Source of the DNA: a virus
Strand: one strand, 5' to 3'
Virus record (IMG/VR): IMGVR_UViG_3300042864_001965
Length of the DNA stretch: 64,000 nucleotides
The notes under the pieces were generated by a model that worked only from the letters and a program-made list of their open reading frames with translations, had not been told where the DNA came from and did not search any database. Each line of letters opens with the position of its first letter. Within the stretch, counting starts at the first letter, position 1. Positions 44,996 through 53,486 of this stretch are shown here, one piece after another. The position numbers and the translations under genes were made by a program.

Positions 44996-45453
44996 TAGCT
45001 TTTCTCCCCTACTAATTGAATTATTTCGTCGTATAGTCCGCAATCGACTATTATCTGAGTGGCGAAGACTGGCACTTGGCCAGCTTGCATAGCTTCTAAC
45101 AGAATTTGAGCGGTTTCTTGATCAAGAAAATATTTTTTATTTTCTTTAAACTGGTAAGGCAGAAAATCACCAGGATTAAGACTTTGTGACTTAGAACCTT
45201 CTTTAGATTGTGCTATTAGGTAGGCGTGAACCATGGCGGCAATTTGACTAACCGTAGCCGATAGTGAATTAATTTCTTCACATTTGACTTTTTGAATCCC
45301 TGAATATTTTTTCAGGATTAACCAGTCTGGCCAATCTTCCCACTCCTCGATGGGTAATCCCCAGGCACACCATTTGTAATAGATTTCTTCCCAATTAATG
45401 GGGTTAGCGATTGCCTCTAACCGTGCATTAATTGCGTCATCTATTCGTTTTTT
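44995..45453 (-). CDS. -1 frame extension of the tail assembly chaperone (T part of a G/GT pair)
   Basis: The frame is open from the slippery site with no start codon until M at 45234: ...RIDDAINARLEAIANPINWEEIYYKWCAWGLPIEEWEDW...AAMVHAYLIAQ...GEKS*. It ends at the tape measure start. The track lists only 44995-45234. Confidence 0.55.
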   Translation of the reverse strand, partial: KKRIDDAINARLEAIANPINWEEIYYKWCAWGLPIEEWEDWPDWLILKKYSGIQKVKCEEINSLSATVSQIAAMVHAYLIAQSKEGSKSQSLNPGDFLPYQFKENKKYFLDQETAQILLEAMQAGQVPVFATQIIVDCGLYDEIIQLVGEKS

Positions 45454-46223
45454 TCGTCGTCCTCCGTTGGCTCTGATTCTGGTTTTTCTTCCAGTTTTTC
45501 AGGTTCTGAGTTCTGCCACTGAGTTATGTCTTGCCAGAGATAGTCTTGATAGAGTTTTACTACCATAAATTGAGACATATCATTAATGTCTTGTATGGTG
45601 AAATCAACAGAAGATTTGTCTTTAAGTTTAACTACCCGTCGAGGACTACCTAGAAATTTAGCTAACAAGGCTTTATTGTAAGTTTCATAGGTTGTTTCCC
45701 GATCCTTAAATAAAGCGTTTAATTCATCGAGATAAGGCTCTACAAGTTCTATAGATTCTCTTGTTAGTTCTCTTGTTTTTTTACGGTTGCTTAAAATTGA
45801 TTGCTGCACGATAGCGGCGGTTTCTACTTTTTGTTCTACGCTGTCAGATTTTACCCCGTCAAGGGCATCAACCATGACCTGTTCAATTCGTTCTCGGATC
45901 GAACCGTCGTTAACTACTACTCCTTCAATTTCAGCAGTGGATAGTCCCGTTTTTTGCCCGATAGCTTTAATTTTCTCAAGATAAGCTTTGTCAGCTTTTT
46001 CCCGTGCCTCTAAGTATTTCTTGACTGTTTCATTTTCCTTTGGATTAATCCCGTACCTTTTTAAAAACTTGATACCAATCTCTTCATTTTCTTCTGTAAC
46101 AATTGCGTCTATCTTTTCCAATAAAGCATCATTGTCTTGAATGTAAAAAATCCATTCTTTTTTTAAAGGGAAAAAGAATGTTTCATTAAACTTCAATTTA
46201 CCTAATACGCTTAACTTCGCCAT
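45441..46223 (-). CDS. tail assembly chaperone (G-like)
   Basis: 260-aa acidic ORF immediately upstream of the tape measure gene. It ends ...GAC GAA AAA AAC GAA TAG, which contains a slippery heptamer. Confidence 0.55.
   Translation of the reverse strand: MAKLSVLGKLKFNETFFFPLKKEWIFYIQDNDALLEKIDAIVTEENEEIGIKFLKRYGINPKENETVKKYLEAREKADKAYLEKIKAIGQKTGLSTAEIEGVVVNDGSIRERIEQVMVDALDGVKSDSVEQKVETAAIVQQSILSNRKKTRELTRESIELVEPYLDELNALFKDRETTYETYNKALLAKFLGSPRRVVKLKDKSSVDFTIQDINDMSQFMVVKLYQDYLWQDITQWQNSEPEKLEEKPESEPTEDDEKNE
45447..45453 (-). promoter_or_regulatory. programmed -1 frameshift slippery heptamer A_AAA_AAC
   Basis: Minus-strand A AAA AAC in the zero frame, two codons before the G-like stop. 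A -1 slip reads CGA ATA GAT GAC GCA... into the open extension. Confidence 0.55.
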
Positions 46224-46479
46224 TTATTTTTACCTTTTGATTTCTTTTTGCACTTTGTTCAGTATTGAGGCACAGAGGATCAAGGGTTACAGATACCTGT
46301 ATTCTTTCTTGATTTTTTGTTCCGTCTGGTGGCTCGATTAATATCTTTTCTTGTTGACTTATTTCTCGATCAAACGTACCGAAAGAAAACCAGAGGTAAT
46401 TATTGATTATTCTAGAATTGACTAACATTACCTCTTGGTCTTCATCAACAAGGAGTTTAACTATTTTAATTGAGGTCAT
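46198..46479 (-). CDS. hypothetical protein
   Basis: 93-aa ORF overlapping both neighbours by a few codons. Confidence 0.45.
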   Translation of the reverse strand: MTSIKIVKLLVDEDQEVMLVNSRIINNYLWFSFGTFDREISQQEKILIEPPDGTKNQERIQVSVTLDPLCLNTEQSAKRNQKVKINGEVKRIR

Positions 46480-47206
46480 CAGCTACATTAGGAGAGAATG
46501 GCGACGTTGCCATCGGTTTAATGTCAAACACATTGCCACTAATAGTTAGAGTTACGTTTCCTTGTAGGAAATTGCCTTTTTCACCACTAACATTTTGGCT
46601 AACATTTGTCTGAAAACCTAAGCCGCCGCGCTGTCCCATATAGACAATTTCGAGGTAAATTCGCTCACCTTTTTGCTCTGCGGCCTTTACGATTTCATAT
46701 CCAGGATCACCAAATACAAGCGGACCCGATACCGACCCAGTACTCATGATCTCAGAGATAAATTTCTCCACCGCCATTTCACCAAAGACAGAATCAGTAA
46801 CCTCAGTAGAGGAGGTGTCAACGTTAAAGGTCTTGGCGCTCAAAAAAGGAACCCAAGATTTAATTGTGCATTTTTGAGCGGGAGTAGCAAGGGTAGCAGC
46901 AATTTTGGAAGGTTCGATCTGGATTGCTGTCTGGGTTGCTGTCGTCGTTTTTGTTCGGACGACCACATAATCACCGGCAGTCCCCACATAAATTAAAGTG
47001 CCAGCATATAAAATTCGGCCAAAACCCCCAGTCGCCACGGTAAGAGTGGAATCACCTAAGACGATTGCACCACCTAAATCGGCTACTCGTGTGGAAGGTT
47101 CTTGTCCAAATCCGTAAGCACCAGAAATAAAAAATTGCGTATCACGGCTAGGGGTGAGGTTGTCACTCCGATTTAATTCTAGAATTTGATTCGACATTCT
47201 AATCAC
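46466..47206 (-). CDS. major tail (tube) protein candidate
   Basis: 246-aa ORF in the canonical position upstream of the chaperones and tape measure. Call is by position only. Confidence 0.45.
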   Translation of the reverse strand: MIRMSNQILELNRSDNLTPSRDTQFFISGAYGFGQEPSTRVADLGGAIVLGDSTLTVATGGFGRILYAGTLIYVGTAGDYVVVRTKTTTATQTAIQIEPSKIAATLATPAQKCTIKSWVPFLSAKTFNVDTSSTEVTDSVFGEMAVEKFISEIMSTGSVSGPLVFGDPGYEIVKAAEQKGERIYLEIVYMGQRGGLGFQTNVSQNVSGEKGNFLQGNVTLTISGNVFDIKPMATSPFSPNVADDLN

Positions 47207-47259
47207 TGACTAAACTTTTCTAGTTATATTGTACTATAAAAGATTAGTAAATGTGTACT

Positions 47260-47709
47260 CTAGAAGTCTAAAAGCCTAGCAGTAGTGATTTTAAAGGTCG
47301 CTTTTGGTCTGATAATCCCCTCAGAAGTTTTGGTATAGGGGGTTAGGCGAGGCTGATCTAGAAAATTCCAGTAGCGAGAAGATTTAAGTGTTTCAATCAC
47401 TGGTGTTAGGCTTTTCTCTAGATTGTACTGTTTTAGGGTAATGCAATAGTTATTTATACCTACGGTATATCCTAGTAAATTTTCGTGATAAGGATTAGGC
47501 TCTCTTTGAATAATTGCTTCGATGCCGCTATTAGGTTTTACTTTATAGTTAGGGGGTAATTCAGGAGGCTCTACCCAAATAGCATCAATTTCTTTTAAAT
47601 TTTGCCCTGTAGGGCTTGTTATTTCGTATTTACCTAAGTCAGTACCGATAAGTATCTTTAAATTGTTTCTAATACCTAATAAAATATTTCTTAATTCTGA
47701 TTCACTCAT
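47260..47709 (-). CDS. tail completion/terminator candidate
   Basis: 149-aa ORF between the neck-like gene and the tube gene. Call is by position only. Confidence 0.3.
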   Translation of the reverse strand: MSESELRNILLGIRNNLKILIGTDLGKYEITSPTGQNLKEIDAIWVEPPELPPNYKVKPNSGIEAIIQREPNPYHENLLGYTVGINNYCITLKQYNLEKSLTPVIETLKSSRYWNFLDQPRLTPYTKTSEGIIRPKATFKITTARLLDF

Positions 47710-48100
47710 TTAATTTTTCCTTTAAGATTTCACTATAAGCCTCAATTGGATTATAGTCTTCTATAGCCGTGTCGATAAATGGGCGGGCGGGAACATCTGT
47801 CACCGTCCCATCGTTACGCTCTATTTGATACCCTTCATGGACAAGAGCGGCATGATCAGCCGTGTAACCGATTACTTTATAGACATCGGATACATCTTCA
47901 ATAAATTGGCTATTTTTTAGCTCACCTGTATCCACAATGTCCCGGGGTGAGCCAACTACACTGCCATTTTTTCGTACGGTTTCCCGTGGCCAGTTCCATT
48001 TACTATCTTCTACCTGAAAATTAATTTCTTGGGCAAACTCGGACACCATTTCCCCAAAAGCTTCAGTAGCTAAGTCTTTTCCTAGATTCCAGTTAATCAT
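47702..48100 (-). CDS. head-tail joining protein, HK97 gp10-like
   Basis: PRDIVDTGELKNS...ADHAALVHEGY...ARPFIDTAIE resembles the HK97 gp10-family pattern (dTG.L..S...veyG...a.PF...A). Confidence 0.45.
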   Translation of the reverse strand: MINWNLGKDLATEAFGEMVSEFAQEINFQVEDSKWNWPRETVRKNGSVVGSPRDIVDTGELKNSQFIEDVSDVYKVIGYTADHAALVHEGYQIERNDGTVTDVPARPFIDTAIEDYNPIEAYSEILKEKLNE

Positions 48101-48157
48101 TAAAAAATAGCTGTAAGTTATCCTTACAGCTATTATAACAATTTATTTTTATTGGTT

Positions 48158-48652
48158 TTAGGGAGTGATTTTTGATTTGCGTAACCAATGCGCTAATGCC
48201 GAATAATCAATTTCTATGTACTCAAAAACCATGTTAAACGTTACTTTTCTTTCAGATGCTAACACTTTTACCTCTTCTGGAGTTAATTTATAGCACCTTG
48301 CAAAGTTATTTAAGAAGTATGGGTTAATCTCTATTAGTTGATTTATATCGTCTAAAGATAAATACCCTTTTCTTTTTATTTCTGAAAGGATACGCTTCAT
48401 GTCCATAAGTACGCCTCCATTATCAGAATACCGCTTATGGCAAATCCAATCAGTAAACCGTTCAAAAAGAATTTTTGAATGTTTCCACCAATCGATTTCT
48501 GTTGTGTCTACGAATGAACACTGTCTATGAGGCATACGCTTAAAATCAGGCGACGCAGGATGCTGATGTAAATACTTAAATCCTTGTTCAAAAGCTTCCT
48601 CTTGTGTCTCGTGATAAGACACTAATTTATCATTCCAGTAAAATCTAATCAT
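48158..48652 (-). CDS. hypothetical protein
   Basis: 164-aa ORF. Confidence 0.5.
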   Translation of the reverse strand: MIRFYWNDKLVSYHETQEEAFEQGFKYLHQHPASPDFKRMPHRQCSFVDTTEIDWWKHSKILFERFTDWICHKRYSDNGGVLMDMKRILSEIKRKGYLSLDDINQLIEINPYFLNNFARCYKLTPEEVKVLASERKVTFNMVFEYIEIDYSALAHWLRKSKITP

Positions 48653-48656
48653 TACA

Positions 48657-48929
48657 CTAAAACTCTAATTGAATATAGCTCACGACGGCATCGTGAACAA
48701 ACCTTAAGTCTGTAGCTATAGTTGTTTGATCGCCATAGTCTTTATCATTATTTTGCAAAATAACGATAAACTTATTTAATCGACAAAGATAACGTACTCC
48801 TATCTGGGAATTTTTTATTTTTGCTCGATATTCGCCATTATTGTCAGAAGATTGATTTTGCTCAAATTCCCAAAGATAATAGGGAATATTTTCTTTGATT
48901 GTAGATTGAAACTCTTGAAATGATAGCAT
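48657..48929 (-). CDS. hypothetical protein (start moved to MLSFQEF behind GGGAG)
   Basis: The track ORF extends to 49022, but the internal ATG at 48929 has a good Shine-Dalgarno. Confidence 0.45.
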   Translation of the reverse strand: MLSFQEFQSTIKENIPYYLWEFEQNQSSDNNGEYRAKIKNSQIGVRYLCRLNKFIVILQNNDKDYGDQTTIATDLRFVHDAVVSYIQLEF

Positions 48930-49060
48930 AATTACTCCCGTTGATTCACTCTTTGTCGTATATAATAGCCCCAGCAGTAAAAGTCTGGTTTTTAGGATTG
49001 CCATTTTTATCTTCTTCTGCAAAGTTTAAGTGAAACATAATTACCTTTGTTGATTTGTGG

Positions 49061-49086
49061 TTAATAACCGATAACTGATAAACTAA
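49061..49086 (-). repeat. heptad array (TTAATAA CCGATAA CTGATAA ACTAA)
   Basis: Intergenic, CTGATAA family. Confidence 0.65.
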
Positions 49087-49124
49087 TTTAATAACTCATT
49101 TCTATAGGGCATAACTGAATTTTA

Positions 49125-49310
49125 TCAGCTAAAATAGTCAATAACTATGTTAGGCTTTGGTAGTGTCGTCCAGTCAACAATTTTACTGAGTTTAACGATT
49201 AAAATTGAGCGGTTCCATCGTTGCTTTGGAAGTCCATACTTAGATGCCAATTTTCTTAATTCGGACATTTTTAGAAAATTTAGTCGATAACTTGCTATAT
49301 TTTGTAGCAT
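49125..49310 (-). CDS. small protein with a SAP-like motif
   Basis: MSELRKLASKYGLPKQRWNRSILIVKL resembles the SAP / Rho-N helix-extended-helix pattern. Weak. Confidence 0.3.
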   Translation of the reverse strand: MLQNIASYRLNFLKMSELRKLASKYGLPKQRWNRSILIVKLSKIVDWTTLPKPNIVIDYFS

Positions 49311-49331
49311 ATTTTTACTCCTATTAATTTG

Positions 49332-49359
49332 CTGATAACTGATAACTGATAACTGATTA
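49332..49359 (-). repeat. heptad array (CTGATAA x3, CTGATTA)
   Basis: Begins right after the stop of the 47-aa ORF and ends 21 nt before ATG 49310 (AGCAAATTAATAGGAGTAAAAAT-ATG). Confidence 0.8.
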
Positions 49360-49500
49360 CAGCATCGGATATTTGTCTAGCACTGTTTGTGCTTTCTGAT
49401 TTAAAGATTGAGTTATTTGCTCAATCTCTTCGTAGAAAATTTGAGCCTTTTTAATTTCAGGAATTTGTGTTGTTTCGATTGGTTGTTTATCGTTAGACAT
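49357..49500 (-). CDS. 47-aa ORF, first gene behind promoter module A
   Basis: Own translation: MSNDKQPIETTQIPEIKKAQIFYEEIEQITQSLNQKAQTVLDKYPML*. GAGG Shine-Dalgarno. Below the track cut-off. Confidence 0.4.
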   Translation of the reverse strand: MSNDKQPIETTQIPEIKKAQIFYEEIEQITQSLNQKAQTVLDKYPML

Positions 49501-49534
49501 GACTTAGTACCTCGTGTGTTTTGTTTACATTTCT

Positions 49535-49600
49535 ATAGTAGATCATTCTCCCAATAAAGTCAAGTATGTGGGAGAATTATTTTTGAGCAGATGTACTACT
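49535..49600 (-). promoter_or_regulatory. promoter-plus-dyad module A
   Basis: Minus strand: GTAGTACATCTGCTCAAAAATA-ATTCTCCCA-catac-TTGACT-ttat-TGGGAGAAT-gatc-TACTAT. The -35 TTGACT (49563-49558) sits in the loop of a 9-bp dyad, then 17 nt, then -10 TACTAT (49540-49535). Confidence 0.6.
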
Positions 49601-49619
49601 GATAACTGATAACTAGAAA
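49599..49619 (-). repeat. heptad array (CTGATAA x2, CTAGAAA)
   Basis: Between the stop of 49620-50540 and promoter module A. Confidence 0.75.
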
Positions 49620-50540
49620 CTAACTAATCTCTATGTCGTTAGCGTCAGCAAAGTCATTGACATCCATGAACCAATCTTCCCATTCATCAGGGTCGGATAG
49701 ATTGACTTTATCGACTGTCCACTGTCCATGTAAATATAGCCCTGCTTTCCACTTGTCAGGATATGGATGCTTTGCTTTTTCGGTATCGTTGGGAGTAAGA
49801 ATAAACTGGAGAATGTCTTTCCCCCACTTACCTTTTTTGATGCTGTAAAAACAGGATAAGGCATCAATTAAGTCGTCACACTCTTGTTGGTAGCTAACAA
49901 AGTTCTCTGGTAGTTTAAACTTAGATTTTTTAGCCGTCGGTTTTTTATCTGATTTAGGTTCTGCTTTGGTTTCTGGTTGATTGGTTTTTAGTTGCTCATT
50001 TTCCTGTTCCAGTTGATAAATACGAGTATGTAATTGAGTAACAGATTCGTTTAGAACTGTTATTTGATTTGTTTTTCTTTGCAGTAGAGAAACTGTACAT
50101 TCAAGATCATATATTTGTTGCTTTAAGTTTTCTTTTTCAATCCATGCTTTATTGAACTCTTGGTATTCTTCGTCAGGTTCACTTAACAACATAATATCAA
50201 CAAGCGCAACTTGTCGTTTTTCAGAAAAAGATAACTCATCATTGGTTTTTAACCCGTTGTCAGTTTCTTGATCCTCTCGTGGGATGTATTTGCAATTATC
50301 AAGATAATCCCACAAATTATCAAATTTAACACAGTCATCTTGATCATAGTTTTCTAGTGCGTCCCAAAGCTTTTGGATGTTATAATTTGCAACAAATAAC
50401 CCTTGCGTTTTGACCGTAACATAATCACCGTTATCAGTGACTGACAATTTTTCTCCGAAACACTCTTGGTTAATTTGATTGAGGGTGTTTTGGAAAAACC
50501 TGATAATTGTATCTCTTTCGTAAAAATTAATAGAAGTCAT
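49620..50540 (-). CDS. hypothetical coiled-coil protein (start at MTSINFYERD)
   Basis: The track ORF (to 50747) reads through promoter module B. M70 (50540) has GAGGA Shine-Dalgarno and matches the N-terminus of 60615-60860 (MTSINFHERD). Confidence 0.55.
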   Translation of the reverse strand: MTSINFYERDTIIRFFQNTLNQINQECFGEKLSVTDNGDYVTVKTQGLFVANYNIQKLWDALENYDQDDCVKFDNLWDYLDNCKYIPREDQETDNGLKTNDELSFSEKRQVALVDIMLLSEPDEEYQEFNKAWIEKENLKQQIYDLECTVSLLQRKTNQITVLNESVTQLHTRIYQLEQENEQLKTNQPETKAEPKSDKKPTAKKSKFKLPENFVSYQQECDDLIDALSCFYSIKKGKWGKDILQFILTPNDTEKAKHPYPDKWKAGLYLHGQWTVDKVNLSDPDEWEDWFMDVNDFADANDIEIS

Positions 50541-50574
50541 TTTTTTGTCCTCTTGTGTTTGTTTGCTTAGTCTT

Positions 50575-50640
50575 ATCTTACAAAATTCTCCCAATAAAGT
50601 CAAGTATATGGGAGAATTATTTCTGAGCATTTGTACTACG
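50575..50640 (-). promoter_or_regulatory. promoter-plus-dyad module B
   Basis: ATTCTCCCA...TTGACT (50603-50598)...TGGGAGAAT, 17 nt, TAAGAT (50580-50575). Confidence 0.6.
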
Positions 50641-50997
50641 TCTTTGTTTGTAACGTTGGTGTTGATCCTGTTTTCGTTTAGGATCGAGTTCTCGGTGTTC
50701 CAAGCAGTATCCAGAATTGTTACGGGTATTGAGTGCTGTAAATTCACCCAAAACTAAGCAGGCAGCACAGTATTTAGTTTCAGGGATAATTGCTTCTGTA
50801 GAAAAGTTGATTTCTTTTTTTGCGATTATCTGAGGAGGCTTATCACAGACCAAGGTTACTCTTGCCAAGGCTATGCCTGATAAAGAGTAATTTTGTAGCT
50901 TAACAAGACTTAAGTTAGTGTCAGTATTGTCGATTTTTTGAATAGAAGATTTTAAAACCTCAAAATCTTCTAATTTAAGAGACAAGATTAAAATCAT
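50617..50997 (-). CDS. hypothetical protein
   Basis: 126-aa ORF whose 3' end runs into module B. Confidence 0.45.
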   Translation of the reverse strand: MILILSLKLEDFEVLKSSIQKIDNTDTNLSLVKLQNYSLSGIALARVTLVCDKPPQIIAKKEINFSTEAIIPETKYCAACLVLGEFTALNTRNNSGYCLEHRELDPKRKQDQHQRYKQRRSTNAQK

Positions 50998-51064
50998 AGT
51001 GGTTTTTGTTAGTGTTAATATGAAACTGAGATAATTCCCCGTTTTGATTTGGCCGATTGTTTTT

Positions 51065-51130
51065 ATCCCATATTATTCTCCCATAAAATACAAGTATATA
51101 GGAGAATTATTTTTGAGCAGATGTACTAAT
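51065..51130 (-). promoter_or_regulatory. promoter-plus-dyad module C (degenerate)
   Basis: ATTCTCCTA...TTGTAT...TGGGAGAAT with the same upstream GTACATCTGCTCAAAAATA. The hexamers are weaker. Confidence 0.4.
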
Positions 51131-51186
51131 AAAAAACACTTAGCTTAGTTAAGCGTTTTTTATTGCTGACTAAGCGATAAATGTAC

Positions 51187-51855
51187 TCATGAAGCTTTAG
51201 CCTTAATCTTGTCATCAAAAGCATCTATGATGTTTTGCCCTATTTTTGCTTTTTCAATTGCGCTAGACTTATTCCATTCTAAGTAAGAACCTGGAATGTC
51301 AATGTTAGCGGCGACCAACTTTTTGACAGCTAACCTAGCCGCTTCTTTTTCGCTTAGATTTTCATACTTAACTGGGTTTCTAGTTTTAAATCCTACACTA
51401 GACATTATTTTTAATCCTGTTGGGATGTGATAAATGCAGTAAGCGTCATTTCCTCCCGCAGAAATCAGATAATCGCCCAAAGCTTCTCCTTTTACTTTTC
51501 TAGTTTTACCTTCTTTGTTTAGAATAGATATGGTCTGTTTGGTAAATTTTGTGTTATCGACTTCTTGAAACTTATTTACGCATGGCATCTCACAAAAAAG
51601 ATTTAATTCTAACTGTTTGGTTCTGAGTTCAATTGCTTGAGTTTCGGTTATATTGATTTGAGTATCCTTGAATTTATTAATTGTCTTTTCTGGTTTTCGA
51701 TAAAACTCGTCTTTAAATGCTTGTTTTTTCTCGATCCATTCAATAGCTGATTCTACTTTTAGAATTTCTATAACAATCTTAGCTTTGGCACGATTGCCTT
51801 TTGTAATTTTAAGTTGAGATTCCAATCGAGCTAATTTAGTTTGTAAAGTGTTCAT
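51187..51855 (-). CDS. hypothetical protein (start at MNTLQTKLARLES)
   Basis: The track ORF extends to 51897, into the promoter leader. Confidence 0.5.
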   Translation of the reverse strand: MNTLQTKLARLESQLKITKGNRAKAKIVIEILKVESAIEWIEKKQAFKDEFYRKPEKTINKFKDTQINITETQAIELRTKQLELNLFCEMPCVNKFQEVDNTKFTKQTISILNKEGKTRKVKGEALGDYLISAGGNDAYCIYHIPTGLKIMSSVGFKTRNPVKYENLSEKEAARLAVKKLVAANIDIPGSYLEWNKSSAIEKAKIGQNIIDAFDDKIKAKAS

Positions 51856-51885
51856 GTCGTTGTTGTGTGTTTTGTTTACTTTTCT

Positions 51886-51950
51886 ATTATGGATCATTCT
51901 CCCAATAAAGTCAAGTAGATGGGAGAATTATTTTTGAGCAGATGTACTAA
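51886..51950 (-). promoter_or_regulatory. promoter-plus-dyad module D
   Basis: ATTCTCCCA...TTGACT (51914-51909)...TGGGAGAAT, 17 nt, CATAAT (51891-51886). Confidence 0.6.
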
Positions 51951-51968
51951 GTATATTTACTTGTTATC

Positions 51969-52390
51969 ATTGTAGATAGATTGTAGATAGGGTGATCGAC
52001 AACCGAAACCGTTACCATGTAAAGGTTCTAGACTTTGTTGATAATGTCGATGTCTTATAAAGGAAAAAGATAAAAGAATAAACTAGACTGGACAATAAAA
52101 AACTGTAGAGTAAAAAAAGCAAACAAAGTCAACAGCAAGGCTGTTGGATTGTGATTCGATTGTAGATAACCTTATCTACAATCGAAAGCCTTGCAGGGTA
52201 TAGGTTTCAAAGTTTGTTTATCTTGTTGACACTCTATACAGGGGAGAGAAAAAATAGGGAGAGATAAACGAACTGGACAATAAGAAAAGGATAAAAAATC
52301 CTGACACAGAGAAATAGAGTAACAATACTAACAAAGTCTGAAACCTATATATATCAATGCTTTTTATTGTTAATAACCTTATCTACAATC
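51969..52390. mobile_element. two tandem or nested MITE copies of the GATTGTAGATA...TTAACAATCGAAA family
   Basis: End-type sequences at 51969-52055, ~52126-52180, 52166-52240 and 52328-52390. The internal GATAAACGAACTGGACAATAAG matches the inverse of 22190-22215. Confidence 0.5.
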
Positions 52391-52412
52391 TATTTACAAA
52401 CTAACAAACTAT

Positions 52413-52440
52413 AAACCCCCTATGAGTCCATAGGGGGTTT
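52413..52440 (-). terminator. stem-loop terminator candidate downstream of 52507-53211
   Basis: AAACCCCCTATG-agtc-CATAGGGGGTTT, a 12-bp perfect stem. The minus-sense 3' flank is T-rich (ATAGTTTGTTAGTTTG). Confidence 0.5.
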
Positions 52441-52506
52441 ATCTTGAATGTCGGGGTGAAGACCCTCGCTTTTAGCGATGGGAGTGTCAAATGGGTTTAG
52501 GTATTT

Positions 52507-53211
52507 TTACCGTTTTTTATCGTTTCTCATAAGCATTCGACCGCCTCGCCATCCCCGTGCTTTTTCTCGTTCGGTTTCAAGTAGGTTAAATTTAGCTATG
52601 TCGCGCTCTTTTTCAGCGTGTAATTCTTCGATCACTAGCCGCTTATAGTCAAGCATCGAGTTTTTACTGCTAAAGTCAGCGATCATAGTCTTTTGAGTTT
52701 TGATCAACTCCTCTAGTATTTGCTTCTCTTCGCTTAGTTTGACGATTTGGCTCTCAAGTTGCCTTACCTCTTTAATTGCCTCGCTCTTGACGCGAAAACC
52801 AGCTAATGTGTGAAGGAATAATCGGACTCCTAGCTTAAGCACTTGAGAGGCTAACTCAGGATTATCCTTTGGCAACCACTTACAGATTAGGTCTTCTGGG
52901 ATTAGATAAACCCCTTGCAACCCGCCCTCTGTTTGAATTTGAGCCTGTTTTAGCAATCCTAATCCTAACCCCATTGTGTTACCCCCTTGTAACCCGCTCC
53001 CTGTTTGAATTTGAGGGTGATTTGGAGATTCAGAAGTTACCCCCTTGCTATCTTCTTTAGATAGCCGGTTTAATCGCATAGTGATAGCGTTGTGGCTTTT
53101 CCCGGACATACGAGCATATCCTTTGATTGAGGCAAAGCTTTCACCGGTCTGAGTGTCGATAATTAGCTCAATGCCGTCGTGATCAAAACGTTGTAAAATT
53201 AGATCAGCCAT
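52507..53211 (-). CDS. KilA-N/Bro-N-like DNA-binding protein (antirepressor-like) with internal repeat
   Basis: QRFDHDGIELIIDTQTGESFASIKGYARMSGKSHNAITMRLNRL (weak KilA-N resemblance). Internal duplication QIQT(G/E)(S/G)GLQG. C-terminal coiled coil. Confidence 0.35.
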   Translation of the reverse strand: MADLILQRFDHDGIELIIDTQTGESFASIKGYARMSGKSHNAITMRLNRLSKEDSKGVTSESPNHPQIQTGSGLQGGNTMGLGLGLLKQAQIQTEGGLQGVYLIPEDLICKWLPKDNPELASQVLKLGVRLFLHTLAGFRVKSEAIKEVRQLESQIVKLSEEKQILEELIKTQKTMIADFSSKNSMLDYKRLVIEELHAEKERDIAKFNLLETEREKARGWRGGRMLMRNDKKR

Positions 53212-53236
53212 GTTAGCCTCTACAGTAGGTTGACTT

Positions 53237-53275
53237 GGTTAGTCCCTCGCGTCAACGAGGGCATATTAATATTGT
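53237..53275 (-). promoter_or_regulatory. promoter plus conserved 5'-leader stem-loop (shared with 33193-33240)
   Basis: Minus strand: GTACAAT, ~10 nt, CCCTCG-ttgacg-CGAGGG hairpin (53261-53244), then GACTAACC, then AGAGG Shine-Dalgarno and ATG. Confidence 0.45.
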
Positions 53276-53374
53276 ACTACATTAAATAATCAATTATTCC
53301 CTAATATAGAATTTTCTATATTAGGGAATCTGAACACAAAAAAAAACGAGAATCGGGAAACCTATTAACAGTAG

Positions 53375-53455
53375 CAACAAACTAATAAAACGTATATATA
53401 TCAATACTTTTCACTGTTAATACACTTCTAACAGATTGTTAGCAGTGTATTAACT
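53375..53455. mobile_element. solo MITE-end remnant plus a nested palindrome
   Basis: CAACAAACTAATAAAACGTATATATATCAATACTTTTCACTGTTAATAC resembles the right end at 52328-52378. Followed by the palindrome TTAATACAC-tt-CTAACA-gat-TGTTAG-ca-GTGTATTAA. Confidence 0.4.
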
Positions 53456-53485
53456 AAAAACCCGTCAATTGATTGACGGGTTTTG
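53456..53485 (-). terminator. intrinsic terminator after 53487-53732
   Basis: CCCGTCAAT-tg-ATTGACGGG flanked by A5 on one side and T4 on the other, so usable in both directions. Confidence 0.6.
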
Positions 53486-53486
53486 A

